From the NCBI GenBank assembly GCA_041659685.1, contig JBAZXV010000001.1, forward strand, positions 178,771 through 242,770: a stretch of DNA of 64,000 nucleotides, written 5' to 3'. How positions within the stretch are numbered: the first letter of the stretch is position 1; every line of letters begins with the position of its first letter. This document shows, piece by piece, positions 46,928-56,101 of the stretch. The notes below the pieces were generated by a model that worked only from the letters and a program-made list of their open reading frames with translations, searched no databases and had not been told where the DNA came from. The DNA comes from Parcubacteria group bacterium. Lineage in GTDB: Bacteria > Patescibacteriota > Minisyncoccia > Moranbacterales > UBA11712. Position numbers and translations under genes: made by a program.

Positions 46928-47797
46928 TTATAAATTATAGTTTTTATTCAAATATTCTTTGAGCGCGTCTTTATAATTTCGGAGCGGCTTCAATTTAGTG
47001 TTGCGCAAGACCGAAGAATGCGGCCTTTTGGCGGGGCGGGGAAATTCCGACGACGGAACCGGGATTATTTCCATCTCGATGCCGGCCATCTTGAAAAGCT
47101 CCTGCGCCGCTTCATACCAGGTGCAGGGACCTTCATTGACGACGTGATAAATTCCAAAAGGAACGGCTTCCTCGATAATTTTTTTCGTCTCGAGAGCAAG
47201 ATCGGGAGTGTAGGTAAAACAGCTCCTTTCTTCATCAACAAGCTTCAGGGTGCTGTTGTCTTTTGCGAGTTGCATCATCGTATCAAAAAAACTTCGCTTA
47301 GACATTTCCGATCTCCCCGGATTTCCAAAAAGTTTTGAGGTTCTGATGATATAAAATTTATCCGCGTTCTTCCTGATTTCCTCTTCACCCAGAAACTTCG
47401 AACGGGCATAATTGGAGATTGGATTAGGTTTGTCATTTTCGTCATATTCTCCTTTTTCGCCGTCAAAAACATAGTCACTGCTGTAGTGTACGACCGGAAT
47501 TCCCTTTTCTTTTGCTATTTTAGCCAAAAATCCCGGACCAAAGCCGTTAACTTTTTTTGCCAGCTCAAATTCAATTTCATCCGACTCGCAGCGGTCAACC
47601 GCATTGTAACCGGTTGCATTTATGACCGCAATCGGATCAATTTCCTCAATCTTGTTCCTCAGACTTTCTTCGGACGTTATATCGATTTCACTGCGATCAA
47701 AAGCAAAAACTTCCCAGCTTTGGCTGTCTTCAAAAACTTTAACAAGGTCTTGTCCCAGCATTCCGTGCGAACCGATGACCATAATGCGATTATTCAT
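46928..47797 (-). CDS. rfbD: dTDP-4-dehydrorhamnose reductase
   Basis: GSHGMLG Rossmann motif, SSDYVFDG and YARSK catalytic motif. Confidence 0.85.
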   Translation of the reverse strand: MNNRIMVIGSHGMLGQDLVKVFEDSQSWEVFAFDRSEIDITSEESLRNKIEEIDPIAVINATGYNAVDRCESDEIEFELAKKVNGFGPGFLAKIAKEKGIPVVHYSSDYVFDGEKGEYDENDKPNPISNYARSKFLGEEEIRKNADKFYIIRTSKLFGNPGRSEMSKRSFFDTMMQLAKDNSTLKLVDEERSCFTYTPDLALETKKIIEEAVPFGIYHVVNEGPCTWYEAAQELFKMAGIEMEIIPVPSSEFPRPAKRPHSSVLRNTKLKPLRNYKDALKEYLNKNYNL

Positions 47798-47815
47798 TCT
47801 GCAGGGCGCTAATAA

Positions 47816-48874
47816 TTAATTATTTTCACCGGATTCCCCATATTGCTTTTCATAATATTTCATATATTCCCCGCTTTTAATTTTCCGCCACCAAGACTCG
47901 TTGGCTTTATACCATTCGACAGTTTTTTTCATTCCTTCGTCAAAATTTGTCCGCGGCTCCCATCCGAGTTCGTTTTTAATTTTCGTAAAATCAATCGCAT
48001 ATCTTCTGTCATGGCCGGGCCGGTCCTTTACGTATTCTATCATTTCCTCTCCCTTTCCGAGAAGATCCAGAATTTTTTTGGTAATTTCGATATTTGGCTT
48101 TTCCGAGTCGCCTCCGACACAATAGGTTTCTCCGATCTTCCCTTTGTGGATGATCAGGTCGATCGCCTCGCAATGATCCTCAACGAAAAGCCAGTCGCGA
48201 ACTTGCATCCCATCGCCATAGACAGGAAGCTTTTTTCCCTCAATCACATTCGTAATAAAAAGCCCGTGGAGTTTTTCGGGAAACTGGAATGGGCCGTAGT
48301 TATTCGAGCAATTGGAAATTGTGACTGGCAGGTTGTGGGTATGAAAATAGGCCATCACAAGATGATCAGCGGCAGCTTTTGAAGCGGAATAAGGGCTCCG
48401 CGGCGCAAAAGGGGTTTTTTCGTTGAAAAGCGGGTCATTCGGTCCCAAATGGCCGAAAACTTCGTCCGTCGAAACGTGATGAAATCTCTTCGGGCCGTTT
48501 GCTTTCGCGGCTTCCAGAAGATTATGCGTCCCGACGATATTGGTGCGGATAAACGCCGCGCTGTCGAGAATAGAGCGGTCTACGTGTGATTCCGCGGCAA
48601 AGTTAACAATAACATCAATGTCCTTAGCAAGATCATTAACCAAATCTTTATCCGCGATATCGCCTTTTACGAACTTATAATTCGGATTATTTTCGATATC
48701 TTTAAGATTTTCGAGATTTCCCGCGTAGGTTAAAAGATCAAGATTTACAATCTTGTAATCCGGATAATTCTTGAGCATGTAGCGGACAAAATTGGAACCG
48801 ATGAATCCGGCGCCGCCGGTGACAAGAAGTGAGAGTTGGGATTTGTGAGTTGGGATTTGTGAGTTATTTTTCAT
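47816..48874 (-). CDS. rfbB: dTDP-glucose 4,6-dehydratase (with unusual 15-aa N-terminal leader)
   Basis: VTGGAGFIGSNF, YSASKAAADHL and ISNCSNNYGPFQFPEK motifs. Confidence 0.9.
   Translation of the reverse strand: MKNNSQIPTHKSQLSLLVTGGAGFIGSNFVRYMLKNYPDYKIVNLDLLTYAGNLENLKDIENNPNYKFVKGDIADKDLVNDLAKDIDVIVNFAAESHVDRSILDSAAFIRTNIVGTHNLLEAAKANGPKRFHHVSTDEVFGHLGPNDPLFNEKTPFAPRSPYSASKAAADHLVMAYFHTHNLPVTISNCSNNYGPFQFPEKLHGLFITNVIEGKKLPVYGDGMQVRDWLFVEDHCEAIDLIIHKGKIGETYCVGGDSEKPNIEITKKILDLLGKGEEMIEYVKDRPGHDRRYAIDFTKIKNELGWEPRTNFDEGMKKTVEWYKANESWWRKIKSGEYMKYYEKQYGESGENN
48833..48865. repeat. 14-nt tandem repeat x2.4 at rfbB/4HB junction
   Basis: gttgggatttgtga occurs at 48835-48848 and 48849-48862, plus partial units. 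It encodes part of the rfbB N-terminal leader (SQIPTHKSQLS). Confidence 0.8.
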
Positions 48875-49217
48875 TATATTTGATTAATCCGCTTAGCATT
48901 TTCGCAATTTCTTCGCTTTGTTTATATAATTTATTGTAATCTTCTTTCGAAATATAACCTTGCATTAATGCTAAATCTAATAAACTAACGACTTCATACA
49001 ATGATCCCTTAGCGATATTGAATAAATTTCTGCTTTCTTTATTACTAATTCTGCCACTCGCTTCAGCTATATTAGCAATTACTGAAATTGCAGCTCTTAT
49101 AATTTGACTAATTAACGAAAATTTCAAATGTGGTGGAAACTTTTCTGATATTTTGAAAATTTCGCCATTAAACACTAAGGCTTTTTTGTAAACGTCCAGT
49201 CTCTCGAATTTATACAT
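48864..49217 (-). CDS. four-helix-bundle protein (23S rRNA intervening-sequence protein family)
   Basis: FERLDVYKKA ... IIRAAISVIANIAEASGR ... AKGSLYEV ... pattern typical of TIGR02436-type proteins. It is AT-rich and overlaps the rfbB start by 11 nt. Confidence 0.75.
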   Translation of the reverse strand: MYKFERLDVYKKALVFNGEIFKISEKFPPHLKFSLISQIIRAAISVIANIAEASGRISNKESRNLFNIAKGSLYEVVSLLDLALMQGYISKEDYNKLYKQSEEIAKMLSGLIKYNEK

Positions 49218-49220
49218 AAA

Positions 49221-49249
49221 TCTCTATCTCAATTCTCTATCTCAAATCT
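49221..49249. repeat. 13-nt tandem repeat x2.2 at 4HB/rfbC junction
   Basis: tctctatctcaat at 49221-49233 and tctctatctcaaa at 49234-49246, plus a partial unit overlapping the rfbC stop. Confidence 0.8.
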
Positions 49250-49814
49250 AAAACGGCGAAACAAAATCCTTAAAAAACTGCAGTTTTTCGTCCTTGCCCG
49301 ACAAAACCGGGTTTTCAATCGGCCAATCTATATTCAAAGTCGGATCATTCCAAATGATTCCGCTTTCCGCTTCCGGCGCATATAAATTATCCACCTTATA
49401 CATAAATTCCGTGTTGTCTTCAAGCGTGCAATAGGCATGGGCAAATCCGCGCGGGACAAAAAGCATCTTGGAGTTATCCCCGCCTGCCGGCGAGGCCGGG
49501 GCCGAAAGTTCAAATCCTTCCCATTTCCCGAATGTGGGCGAGTCTTTGCGAAGGTCAACAATCACGTCATAAACCTTGCCTCTTGTCACCCGCACCAATT
49601 TCGCCTGCGCATTTGGCGGAAGCTGGAAATGAAGCCCCCGAAGAACTCCTTTTTTCACTGAAAGAGAATGGTTATCCTGGACAAATCTTGAAACGATTCC
49701 TTTTTCAGAAAACACATTCTCACTGTACGACTCAAGAAAAAAACCTCGCTCGTCGCGAAATACTTTTGGTTTGATTAAGTATGCGCCCTTAAGAGTGGTT
49801 TCAATAAATTCCAT
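49248..49814 (-). CDS. rfbC: dTDP-4-dehydrorhamnose 3,5-epimerase (with 7-aa GC-rich insertion)
   Basis: FRDERGFFLESY, VLRGLHFQ, KLVRVTRGKVYDVIVDLR and VPRGFAHAY motifs, with an inserted PASPAGG after LSA. Confidence 0.9.
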   Translation of the reverse strand: MEFIETTLKGAYLIKPKVFRDERGFFLESYSENVFSEKGIVSRFVQDNHSLSVKKGVLRGLHFQLPPNAQAKLVRVTRGKVYDVIVDLRKDSPTFGKWEGFELSAPASPAGGDNSKMLFVPRGFAHAYCTLEDNTEFMYKVDNLYAPEAESGIIWNDPTLNIDWPIENPVLSGKDEKLQFFKDFVSPF

Positions 49815-49913
49815 ACAAAATAATACTACTCTATCTCGTAAAAAAAATCAAAAATCAGCCGTGAGCTGATTTATTGAATGATTATCGCGAAGCGATGGCT
49901 TAACTTTTACTTT

Positions 49914-50772
49914 CTAAAGCTCTCCCCGCATCAGCTTGTTGAGCCGCTCCTTCACTTCTGCATCGCTCGGTTCGCCTGTTTCTCCGGTTGAAACCACCGT
50001 TTTTTCCTGATCGCTTTCCGCTATCGGAAGATTGGACGGAGCGACATTCTGCATATCCCGCGAAGTAATAATCGGTTCGGGAGCCTCTTCCTTTTTCGTC
50101 ACAGCCGAAGTTTCCGCTTCAGACATCTTAAAAACTTTTTTTTCCGGCACAATAACCGGCGAAATTAATGTTTCCGCTGATTCTTTTTTCACTGCAATCT
50201 CGTCTGGAAAATCACTGCTGCCGCGCGGCATCCCGAACGCTTCAGAAAACAGCCAGAAAAGAAAATACAGCAGAAATCCAATGCCGAATCCCCAGCCGAC
50301 ATTTCGGATTACGTCCGGCTTGACCGGGCTCTGAGAAACTTGCGGATCGCTTACGAGTATATATTTAAACGGCGATCCGCCGTAAAGATCTCTCGCATGG
50401 GACGCGATTTTTTCCGGCAAACCGGAAATAACATCTTCTGCCGGTTTTATATCCGCTTCTCCCGCCAGAAAAATAACGGTAATCGTCGAAGAATTTGAAC
50501 TAAGCTCCGTATGGTCGTAATCCTTTGCATCGCTTCCCAGAATATTACCCTTGAAGCTGGGACTATTCATCATTTCTGCCGTGTTTCCCGCCTCAAGATA
50601 GAGATTCTGTCCGGCGGTTGCCGAGTTTCCGGACGGAACAATTACGATCTTTCCGGTTACCTGCCAGTATTTTGTGACAAAGAGCGAGTATAAACGCTGC
50701 CAGCGCAAAAATCAAGGCGGCGAATATCGCCCGGCTAAGTAAAATTTTAAATTGGCCTTGCTGCTGAGGCAT
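49914..50772 (-). CDS. Wzz-like (polysaccharide co-polymerase) 2-TM protein, apparent +1 frameshift near 50679-50681
   Basis: ATG at 50772 gives MPQQQGQFKILLSRAIFAALIFALAAFILAL (TM1) in one frame. The 264-aa ORF (49914-50708, TTG start in the track) continues FVTKYWQVTGKIVIVP ... and carries TM2 (VGWGFGIGFLLYFLFWLF). Removing one T of CTCTTTGTC fuses the two. Confidence 0.5.
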
Positions 50773-50795
50773 AATTATATGTTATCTAAAAAATA

Positions 50796-51992
50796 TTAAA
50801 GCCATGTGCCGCGCCTGGGGGCGAGAAATTGTTTGCCTTTCCCCGCATTCGCCTTTTCCCGCTTTTCAAGGACAACTTGATGATACACGCTCTCTATTTC
50901 GTCAACGATCTTATCCCAATTATACTCTTCTTTCACCATCCGGCGAGCCTTTTCCCCCATCGCTTTCGCTTTCAGGGGATGATTTACCAGATATTCAAAC
51001 TTGCTCATAAGGTCAAACGTATCCCCCACCCGAAAAACGAATCCGTTCTCATGGATAGCAGAAAGGTTCTCCGGAATATCGCTGACAAGCGGAGCAAGTC
51101 CCATCCCCATGGATTCGAGAAGCGCGAGCGACAAACCTTCCGCGCGCGATGGCTGGGCATAAAAAGCCGCGTTTTTATAGAGAGCCGCCAATTTTTCGCC
51201 TCTCTGCACACCCGCAAAAACGATGTCTTTCCGGCCCCGAATCATAGCCTTGAGCTCTCGGACATAGTCATCCGTATAGCTTCCTCCCCCGGCGACTACC
51301 AGCTTGAACTCTTTATCGATTTTTTCCTGAGCCTTGAGATTGATAAAAGCCTGAATAAGGGTGTGAATTTCCTTGTGGGCAACCAAACGGCTGACAGCTA
51401 AAGCGTATTTATTCTTCTTCAGCGGCCATTTTTTGAAAACATCCAGCGAAGACGCCTTTTTAAACACAGTGACGCCGTTGGGAATCACAAGGGAATCCCT
51501 TCCATATTTTTCCAGACCGATATTTCTCAAATGATCCGTAACAGAGATTGTCTTATCGGGAACATTAAGGATAATTCTTTCCCCCAGCCGCAGATAGGCC
51601 CGGGCTATGAATCCCCATTTATGATGCTCATAATCCTGAGACTGATAAGTCGAAACGACAGCGGTCCTGCCGCAAAAAATTTTTGGAATAAAAGAAAGGG
51701 TCGACGGTCCCAGAGAATGATAATGGATCACATCGTAATCCTGGAAAAGGGCATGGATCGTGGAAAGAAGAGTGTGGGAAATCGCATCAAGATGCTTCGT
51801 CTTGATGGTTGGTATATGAACCAGCTTTACTCCCTTGTAGCTTTTTAAGTTTTTGGGAGTATAATAGTCCCTCACATACACAAAAACCTCGTGGCCTTTT
51901 TTCGCCATCCGGACAGCCACTTCGTCCACATATCTTTCCACGCCTCCAATCTTGGCGGGAATTCCTTTTTGTCCTATGTATGCAAGCTTCAT
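50796..51992 (-). CDS. glycosyltransferase family 4
   Basis: N-terminal GGVERYV and C-terminal EGLSLALLESMGMGLAPLVSD signature. Confidence 0.8.
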   Translation of the reverse strand: MKLAYIGQKGIPAKIGGVERYVDEVAVRMAKKGHEVFVYVRDYYTPKNLKSYKGVKLVHIPTIKTKHLDAISHTLLSTIHALFQDYDVIHYHSLGPSTLSFIPKIFCGRTAVVSTYQSQDYEHHKWGFIARAYLRLGERIILNVPDKTISVTDHLRNIGLEKYGRDSLVIPNGVTVFKKASSLDVFKKWPLKKNKYALAVSRLVAHKEIHTLIQAFINLKAQEKIDKEFKLVVAGGGSYTDDYVRELKAMIRGRKDIVFAGVQRGEKLAALYKNAAFYAQPSRAEGLSLALLESMGMGLAPLVSDIPENLSAIHENGFVFRVGDTFDLMSKFEYLVNHPLKAKAMGEKARRMVKEEYNWDKIVDEIESVYHQVVLEKREKANAGKGKQFLAPRRGTWL

Positions 51993-52054
51993 AAAATTGC
52001 AAATTTGCCTTCCTTATAAGATTCTACGCCAGGCAAACGATAAACTTTGAATCA

Positions 52055-52663
52055 TTAGGGCTTTACGTAAAAATCCTGAGCATTGGAATTATTTTCTCCA
52101 TCCGTCACAAAAACAGAGTATGTCTTGTCTTTCGCAACATTGGGAACCGCGACACGAATAGTTTTGTTTGATCGCTTGATGATCTTTGCGCTCTCGCTTC
52201 CGAACTTTACTGATATATTCCTTTTGTTGAAATTAATCCCCTTTATTTCCAGTTTGTCTCCAACGCTTCCCTTGTAGTAATCGTTTTTATTGGAAATATT
52301 TTTTATCCGGTAAAGCTGAGGGCCCGGATACGTCACAAAAAATTTCATCGATTTTGTGCAAGCGCCGACATCCTTGCAAACCCGCACCCGGTATGTGTTT
52401 CCGAGCTCCACTTCCGGAACATAAACATAGATTTTTTTCTTGCTCCATTTCTTCACTTCGGCATTAGTGTCCCCGAATTTCACCTGTCCTTCTTCGTTTC
52501 CAAAATCTTTCCCGGATATCTTAATCAGCTTTCCCGGCGAGCCTTTGTATGCGGAAAATTTGTACAGTCTCGGACATTTGGCCGCCCCTGCATTTTGGAC
52601 GGATCCAACCAAAAAAGAACCGGCTAAAATTAGCGCTATGGCGGTTTTTCTTAGTTTTACCAT
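52055..52663 (-). CDS. secreted protein with two IPT/TIG-like domains
   Basis: Signal peptide and two repeats of the pattern GSPGKLIKISGKDFG ... VKFG ... YVYVP. Confidence 0.6.
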   Translation of the reverse strand: MVKLRKTAIALILAGSFLVGSVQNAGAAKCPRLYKFSAYKGSPGKLIKISGKDFGNEEGQVKFGDTNAEVKKWSKKKIYVYVPEVELGNTYRVRVCKDVGACTKSMKFFVTYPGPQLYRIKNISNKNDYYKGSVGDKLEIKGINFNKRNISVKFGSESAKIIKRSNKTIRVAVPNVAKDKTYSVFVTDGENNSNAQDFYVKP

Positions 52664-52710
52664 AAGTTTATATTACTTATTAATAAATATTAATAAATTG
52701 ACATTTCAGG

Positions 52711-54000
52711 CTAGCAAACAGACCGAAAAATGTCAATTATATCGCGATTATATTTTTCTGGGTTGAATTTTTCAGCCGGAAACTCAAAATTCGGCTTATT
52801 TCCCGATGCATATGCCATTATTTTGTCCTTAAATTCCTTTTGATTATTCGCCAGATAACCGTTTTGGCCATTTTCTATTATTTCGTCGTATCCTCCGGTT
52901 TTATAACCGACAAAGGGCTTTCCTGCGCTGATCGCTTCAAGTGCAATCAGTCCAAAAGTTTCCGGAAGCCGTGAAGCGGAAACAACGAAAACCGATTCCT
53001 GAATCAATTTATTTAACTCGATATTATTTTTAAAACCGGCATATTCCGTATTTGCGCAAAGCGGAATGTCGAAGCCGCTCTCTTTACTGCCTGCTAGAAC
53101 TAATTTTATCGGCATATCCCTGAAAATCTCGGTCAACTCATCGATATTTTTTTCTTTAGAGATGCGGCCGAAATAGAGAGCGAATTTTTCCCCGCCCGCG
53201 GCTGGCGCGGAATGCGCATTCCGGATATTCGCGAAATGAGGCAGAACTTTAATTTTGCCTTCGGAAAAGCCCGCCTGGACAAGAATATTTCTTACAAACC
53301 GGCTCGGAGCGATGAACAAATCGACATTTTTTTCATAAATGCCGAGCCAACGATGAAAATAAATTCCTAAAACGCTTATTAAGCTTTTAAGATAAGAATT
53401 TTTCACGCATTTTTTCGGAACGCAGTGCCAGTATTTTCCAGCGACGCACTTTTCGCAATAAGGCTTTTCGTCCGCCTTTGCAGAAAAATATTGTTTTTCT
53501 GCGGATTTTTCAGACCCTGAAATTATGTTCTGCTCCGGCGAATGTTCGCCGCAACGGTTCTTTTGCGGTTTATCCCCTGCAACTTCGCAGTTTAAAAGAT
53601 AATTCGGACAAATTAGCTTCCAGTCATGGACAGTCATAACAATCGGAATTCCTCGTTTTTTTATTTCAGGAAGAATTGAGGGGGAAATTTGATGGTAAAT
53701 ATTATGAATATGGACGACATCCGGCCGAAATTCATCCAGAATTTTTGCAATTTTTCGCCTGGCTTCAAATGACCAAAAAATGCGGAGTCCGCCTTTGATT
53801 TTATTTATCGCGCCGCCGTTTTCATAGTCCACCCGGCTGACAAAATGATTTGAAAAATCCGAATGCAGATTTTTCGGATGGCTCATTGAAAAAACAGCGG
53901 CTTCATTTCCGTTTGAATTCAGCAGCTTCACGAGATCGACAAAATGCTTGTCGGCTCCGCCTCGGACATGGTTGAATTTATTGATTTCAAGGATTTTCAT
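52711..54000 (-). CDS. glycosyltransferase family 4 with Cys-rich insert
   Basis: Start MKILEINKF (54000) overlaps the upstream stop (ATGA). It has a C-terminal ETFGLIALEAISAGKPFVG motif and a CEKCVAGKYWHCVPKKC insert. Confidence 0.75.
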   Translation of the reverse strand: MKILEINKFNHVRGGADKHFVDLVKLLNSNGNEAAVFSMSHPKNLHSDFSNHFVSRVDYENGGAINKIKGGLRIFWSFEARRKIAKILDEFRPDVVHIHNIYHQISPSILPEIKKRGIPIVMTVHDWKLICPNYLLNCEVAGDKPQKNRCGEHSPEQNIISGSEKSAEKQYFSAKADEKPYCEKCVAGKYWHCVPKKCVKNSYLKSLISVLGIYFHRWLGIYEKNVDLFIAPSRFVRNILVQAGFSEGKIKVLPHFANIRNAHSAPAAGGEKFALYFGRISKEKNIDELTEIFRDMPIKLVLAGSKESGFDIPLCANTEYAGFKNNIELNKLIQESVFVVSASRLPETFGLIALEAISAGKPFVGYKTGGYDEIIENGQNGYLANNQKEFKDKIMAYASGNKPNFEFPAEKFNPEKYNRDIIDIFRSVC

Positions 54001-55523
54001 TTGTTTTCTTTTGTGTGAATATTTTTGTTTATTTCTTCCGGATAGCCTCCCAGAACAGCCAGTCCTCCAAGGATAATCCAAAAGAATACTGCCAGAAGAT
54101 TCGTTTCAAGATAGGTTTGAAATAAAAAGGCGATCAGATAATTTATAAACAATACTACAAAAACCACTTGAAAAAATTTTATCTCAGCGTTTCCCGCCGG
54201 CCCTTTTCTAGGCTTTCTGATATTGGAATAGAGCGGCCTGAATATTGAATAAAATATCGCGGTTATGAGGGCAATGCTCCAAATTCCCATTTGGATAAAC
54301 ATCGTGAGAAGGGAATTATGGATATTTCGCACTTCAATAAAATCTTTGTATTTCAGCCCAATCTCAACGGAAACCATTTTTCCGTAGCCCAATCCAAAAA
54401 TCAGCGAATGCTGAAAGTCCGTCCAGGCCGCCTCCCAAACGGATTTGCGCCAATTGAGGCTTTCATCGGAACTGACTTGCGCCGTGGAAACAAATCTTTG
54501 TCCGGCCACTCCGGCCGCTCCCCTGAAAACTTTGGAAACTCCGGATTGGGGGAAGATAAAGGATATGTAGGCGGCCAGAATAAACAGCACGGCCCCGAAA
54601 AAAGCGTAATGAAGAAGCATGGTCTTTAAGGTCTTGCTGTTTTTTTGAGGAAGAAGATAAAAAAGAAATAAGACGGAAATAAAAAGGCTTATCCAAAGAT
54701 GGCGCATGAGAGACCCGATAATGCCCGCGGTCCAGATTGGAATAAGGGCATATAAAAATTTATTGACTTTTGATTTTTTAAAACTCAGCCAGACAAAAGA
54801 GGCCAGCAAAGCCATTGAGAAATAAAAAGCGTGCGGAAAAGCCAAAATTCTTGTCCCCGGAGTGGAAAGAGGGGTAAATTCCGTCCAAAGGCCTTCGCCG
54901 CGGATAATCCCTATGAAAATGAAAATGGATGCGGCGGATGCGGCGGCCAAAAAAAACTTAAGGAGCTGAAAAATTTTTTCTCTTTCACTGAACAGGAAAA
55001 TAAAGGCAAAATAGAAAAGTCCGTAGAAAGAATAATTCTTGAATGTGCTGAAAGCGATGGCTTCGTCGGCGTGAAGAAAAAAAGCGCTCGCGAGAAAATA
55101 AACCGCGCTCGCGAGAATGAAGATTGCAATCAAATAGTCAACAATTTTCAGTTTCCTCGGCAAGCCGTTTTTTATGATCTGATAAATCGTTCCCAGCATC
55201 ACGCCGGCAAACAGGATGTCAATGGGGTATATTTTATATTCCGTCCGGTTCCAATATATCGGAACCAAAGTGAAAAATCTTTCGAAAATCACGGTCAGAA
55301 AAACAATGGCATAAAATCCGCTTCTTGGAAAAACAATCGAAAGCGCAAAACCGGCAGCCATTGCAAAAAAATAGATCGGGAAATTGAACCCGGCAACAAA
55401 ATTAGCCAGAATAAAAAGCGAAACCGCCGCAATAATGAAAACAGCGGTGGAGGTTTCTATGAATTCGCTTTTAGCGATTTTGACTGAAATAGTTCGCATA
55501 ATGTTGGGTATATTTTTTCGCAA
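53997..55523 (-). CDS. O-antigen ligase/polymerase-like (Wzy/WaaL family) polytopic membrane protein
   Basis: About 12 hydrophobic helices and a large loop with GLGYG and HNSLL motifs typical of the Wzy_C domain. Confidence 0.7.
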   Translation of the reverse strand: MRKNIPNIMRTISVKIAKSEFIETSTAVFIIAAVSLFILANFVAGFNFPIYFFAMAAGFALSIVFPRSGFYAIVFLTVIFERFFTLVPIYWNRTEYKIYPIDILFAGVMLGTIYQIIKNGLPRKLKIVDYLIAIFILASAVYFLASAFFLHADEAIAFSTFKNYSFYGLFYFAFIFLFSEREKIFQLLKFFLAAASAASIFIFIGIIRGEGLWTEFTPLSTPGTRILAFPHAFYFSMALLASFVWLSFKKSKVNKFLYALIPIWTAGIIGSLMRHLWISLFISVLFLFYLLPQKNSKTLKTMLLHYAFFGAVLFILAAYISFIFPQSGVSKVFRGAAGVAGQRFVSTAQVSSDESLNWRKSVWEAAWTDFQHSLIFGLGYGKMVSVEIGLKYKDFIEVRNIHNSLLTMFIQMGIWSIALITAIFYSIFRPLYSNIRKPRKGPAGNAEIKFFQVVFVVLFINYLIAFLFQTYLETNLLAVFFWIILGGLAVLGGYPEEINKNIHTKENK

Positions 55524-55630
55524 TTGATAATTTTCAGAATTTTATGGAAACAAGCGGTGCTTTTTATTTCCATGAAACTCTGCCTCTCCCGCGGCATTGC
55601 TGCAGGAGAGGAGGCCTAAGGTACATTGGG

Positions 55631-56083
55631 TTATTTGCGCTTACGCCCGAATGGATCAGGCGTGACTTTCCAGGCGGTGACGAAGAACTCCTGGGCAGCA
55701 TAATCCCCTGTGACGGGACTGATGACGCCAACCTGGATCTTGGCCCATTTCACGGCACCGAAATCAAACTTGAGGATGTAGGTGTTGCCACCCGCATACT
55801 CAACCTTGCCGTCTTTCCAGTCGCCGTCGATATTATAGCGGGCGACCACGAAATCCCAATGGACCCGACGATCAAACTCGATCGCCATGCGGTAGCAAGT
55901 AATCCCGGAAACTGGCCCTGGTTCATTGTCTGGCCAGAGACCCTTCACAGTCCCCATAATTTGCCATCTGGGCATATCGTCCACGTATCTCACCCAGCTA
56001 AAGTCGGCCGCTTGACTACAGACTGCCCCGGCCAGCAAGAGAGCAAACCACACAAACAAGCAGACTATGCATTTTTTAAACAT
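55631..56083 (-). CDS. secreted hypothetical protein (150 aa), GC-rich island
   Basis: Signal peptide MFKKCIVCLFVWFALLLAGAVCSQA with predicted cleavage before ADFSW. No motif recognised. Confidence 0.55.
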   Translation of the reverse strand: MFKKCIVCLFVWFALLLAGAVCSQAADFSWVRYVDDMPRWQIMGTVKGLWPDNEPGPVSGITCYRMAIEFDRRVHWDFVVARYNIDGDWKDGKVEYAGGNTYILKFDFGAVKWAKIQVGVISPVTGDYAAQEFFVTAWKVTPDPFGRKRK

Positions 56084-56101
56084 AACTCACAACCTCGCAG
56101 T

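Noticed and set aside
48833-49249. Short tandem repeats, and the dispersed repeats at 8701, 11405, 23823 and 63779, considered as a CRISPR array.
   Set aside because: Only 2-3 units are present, with no spacers of uniform length, no leader and no cas genes in the window.
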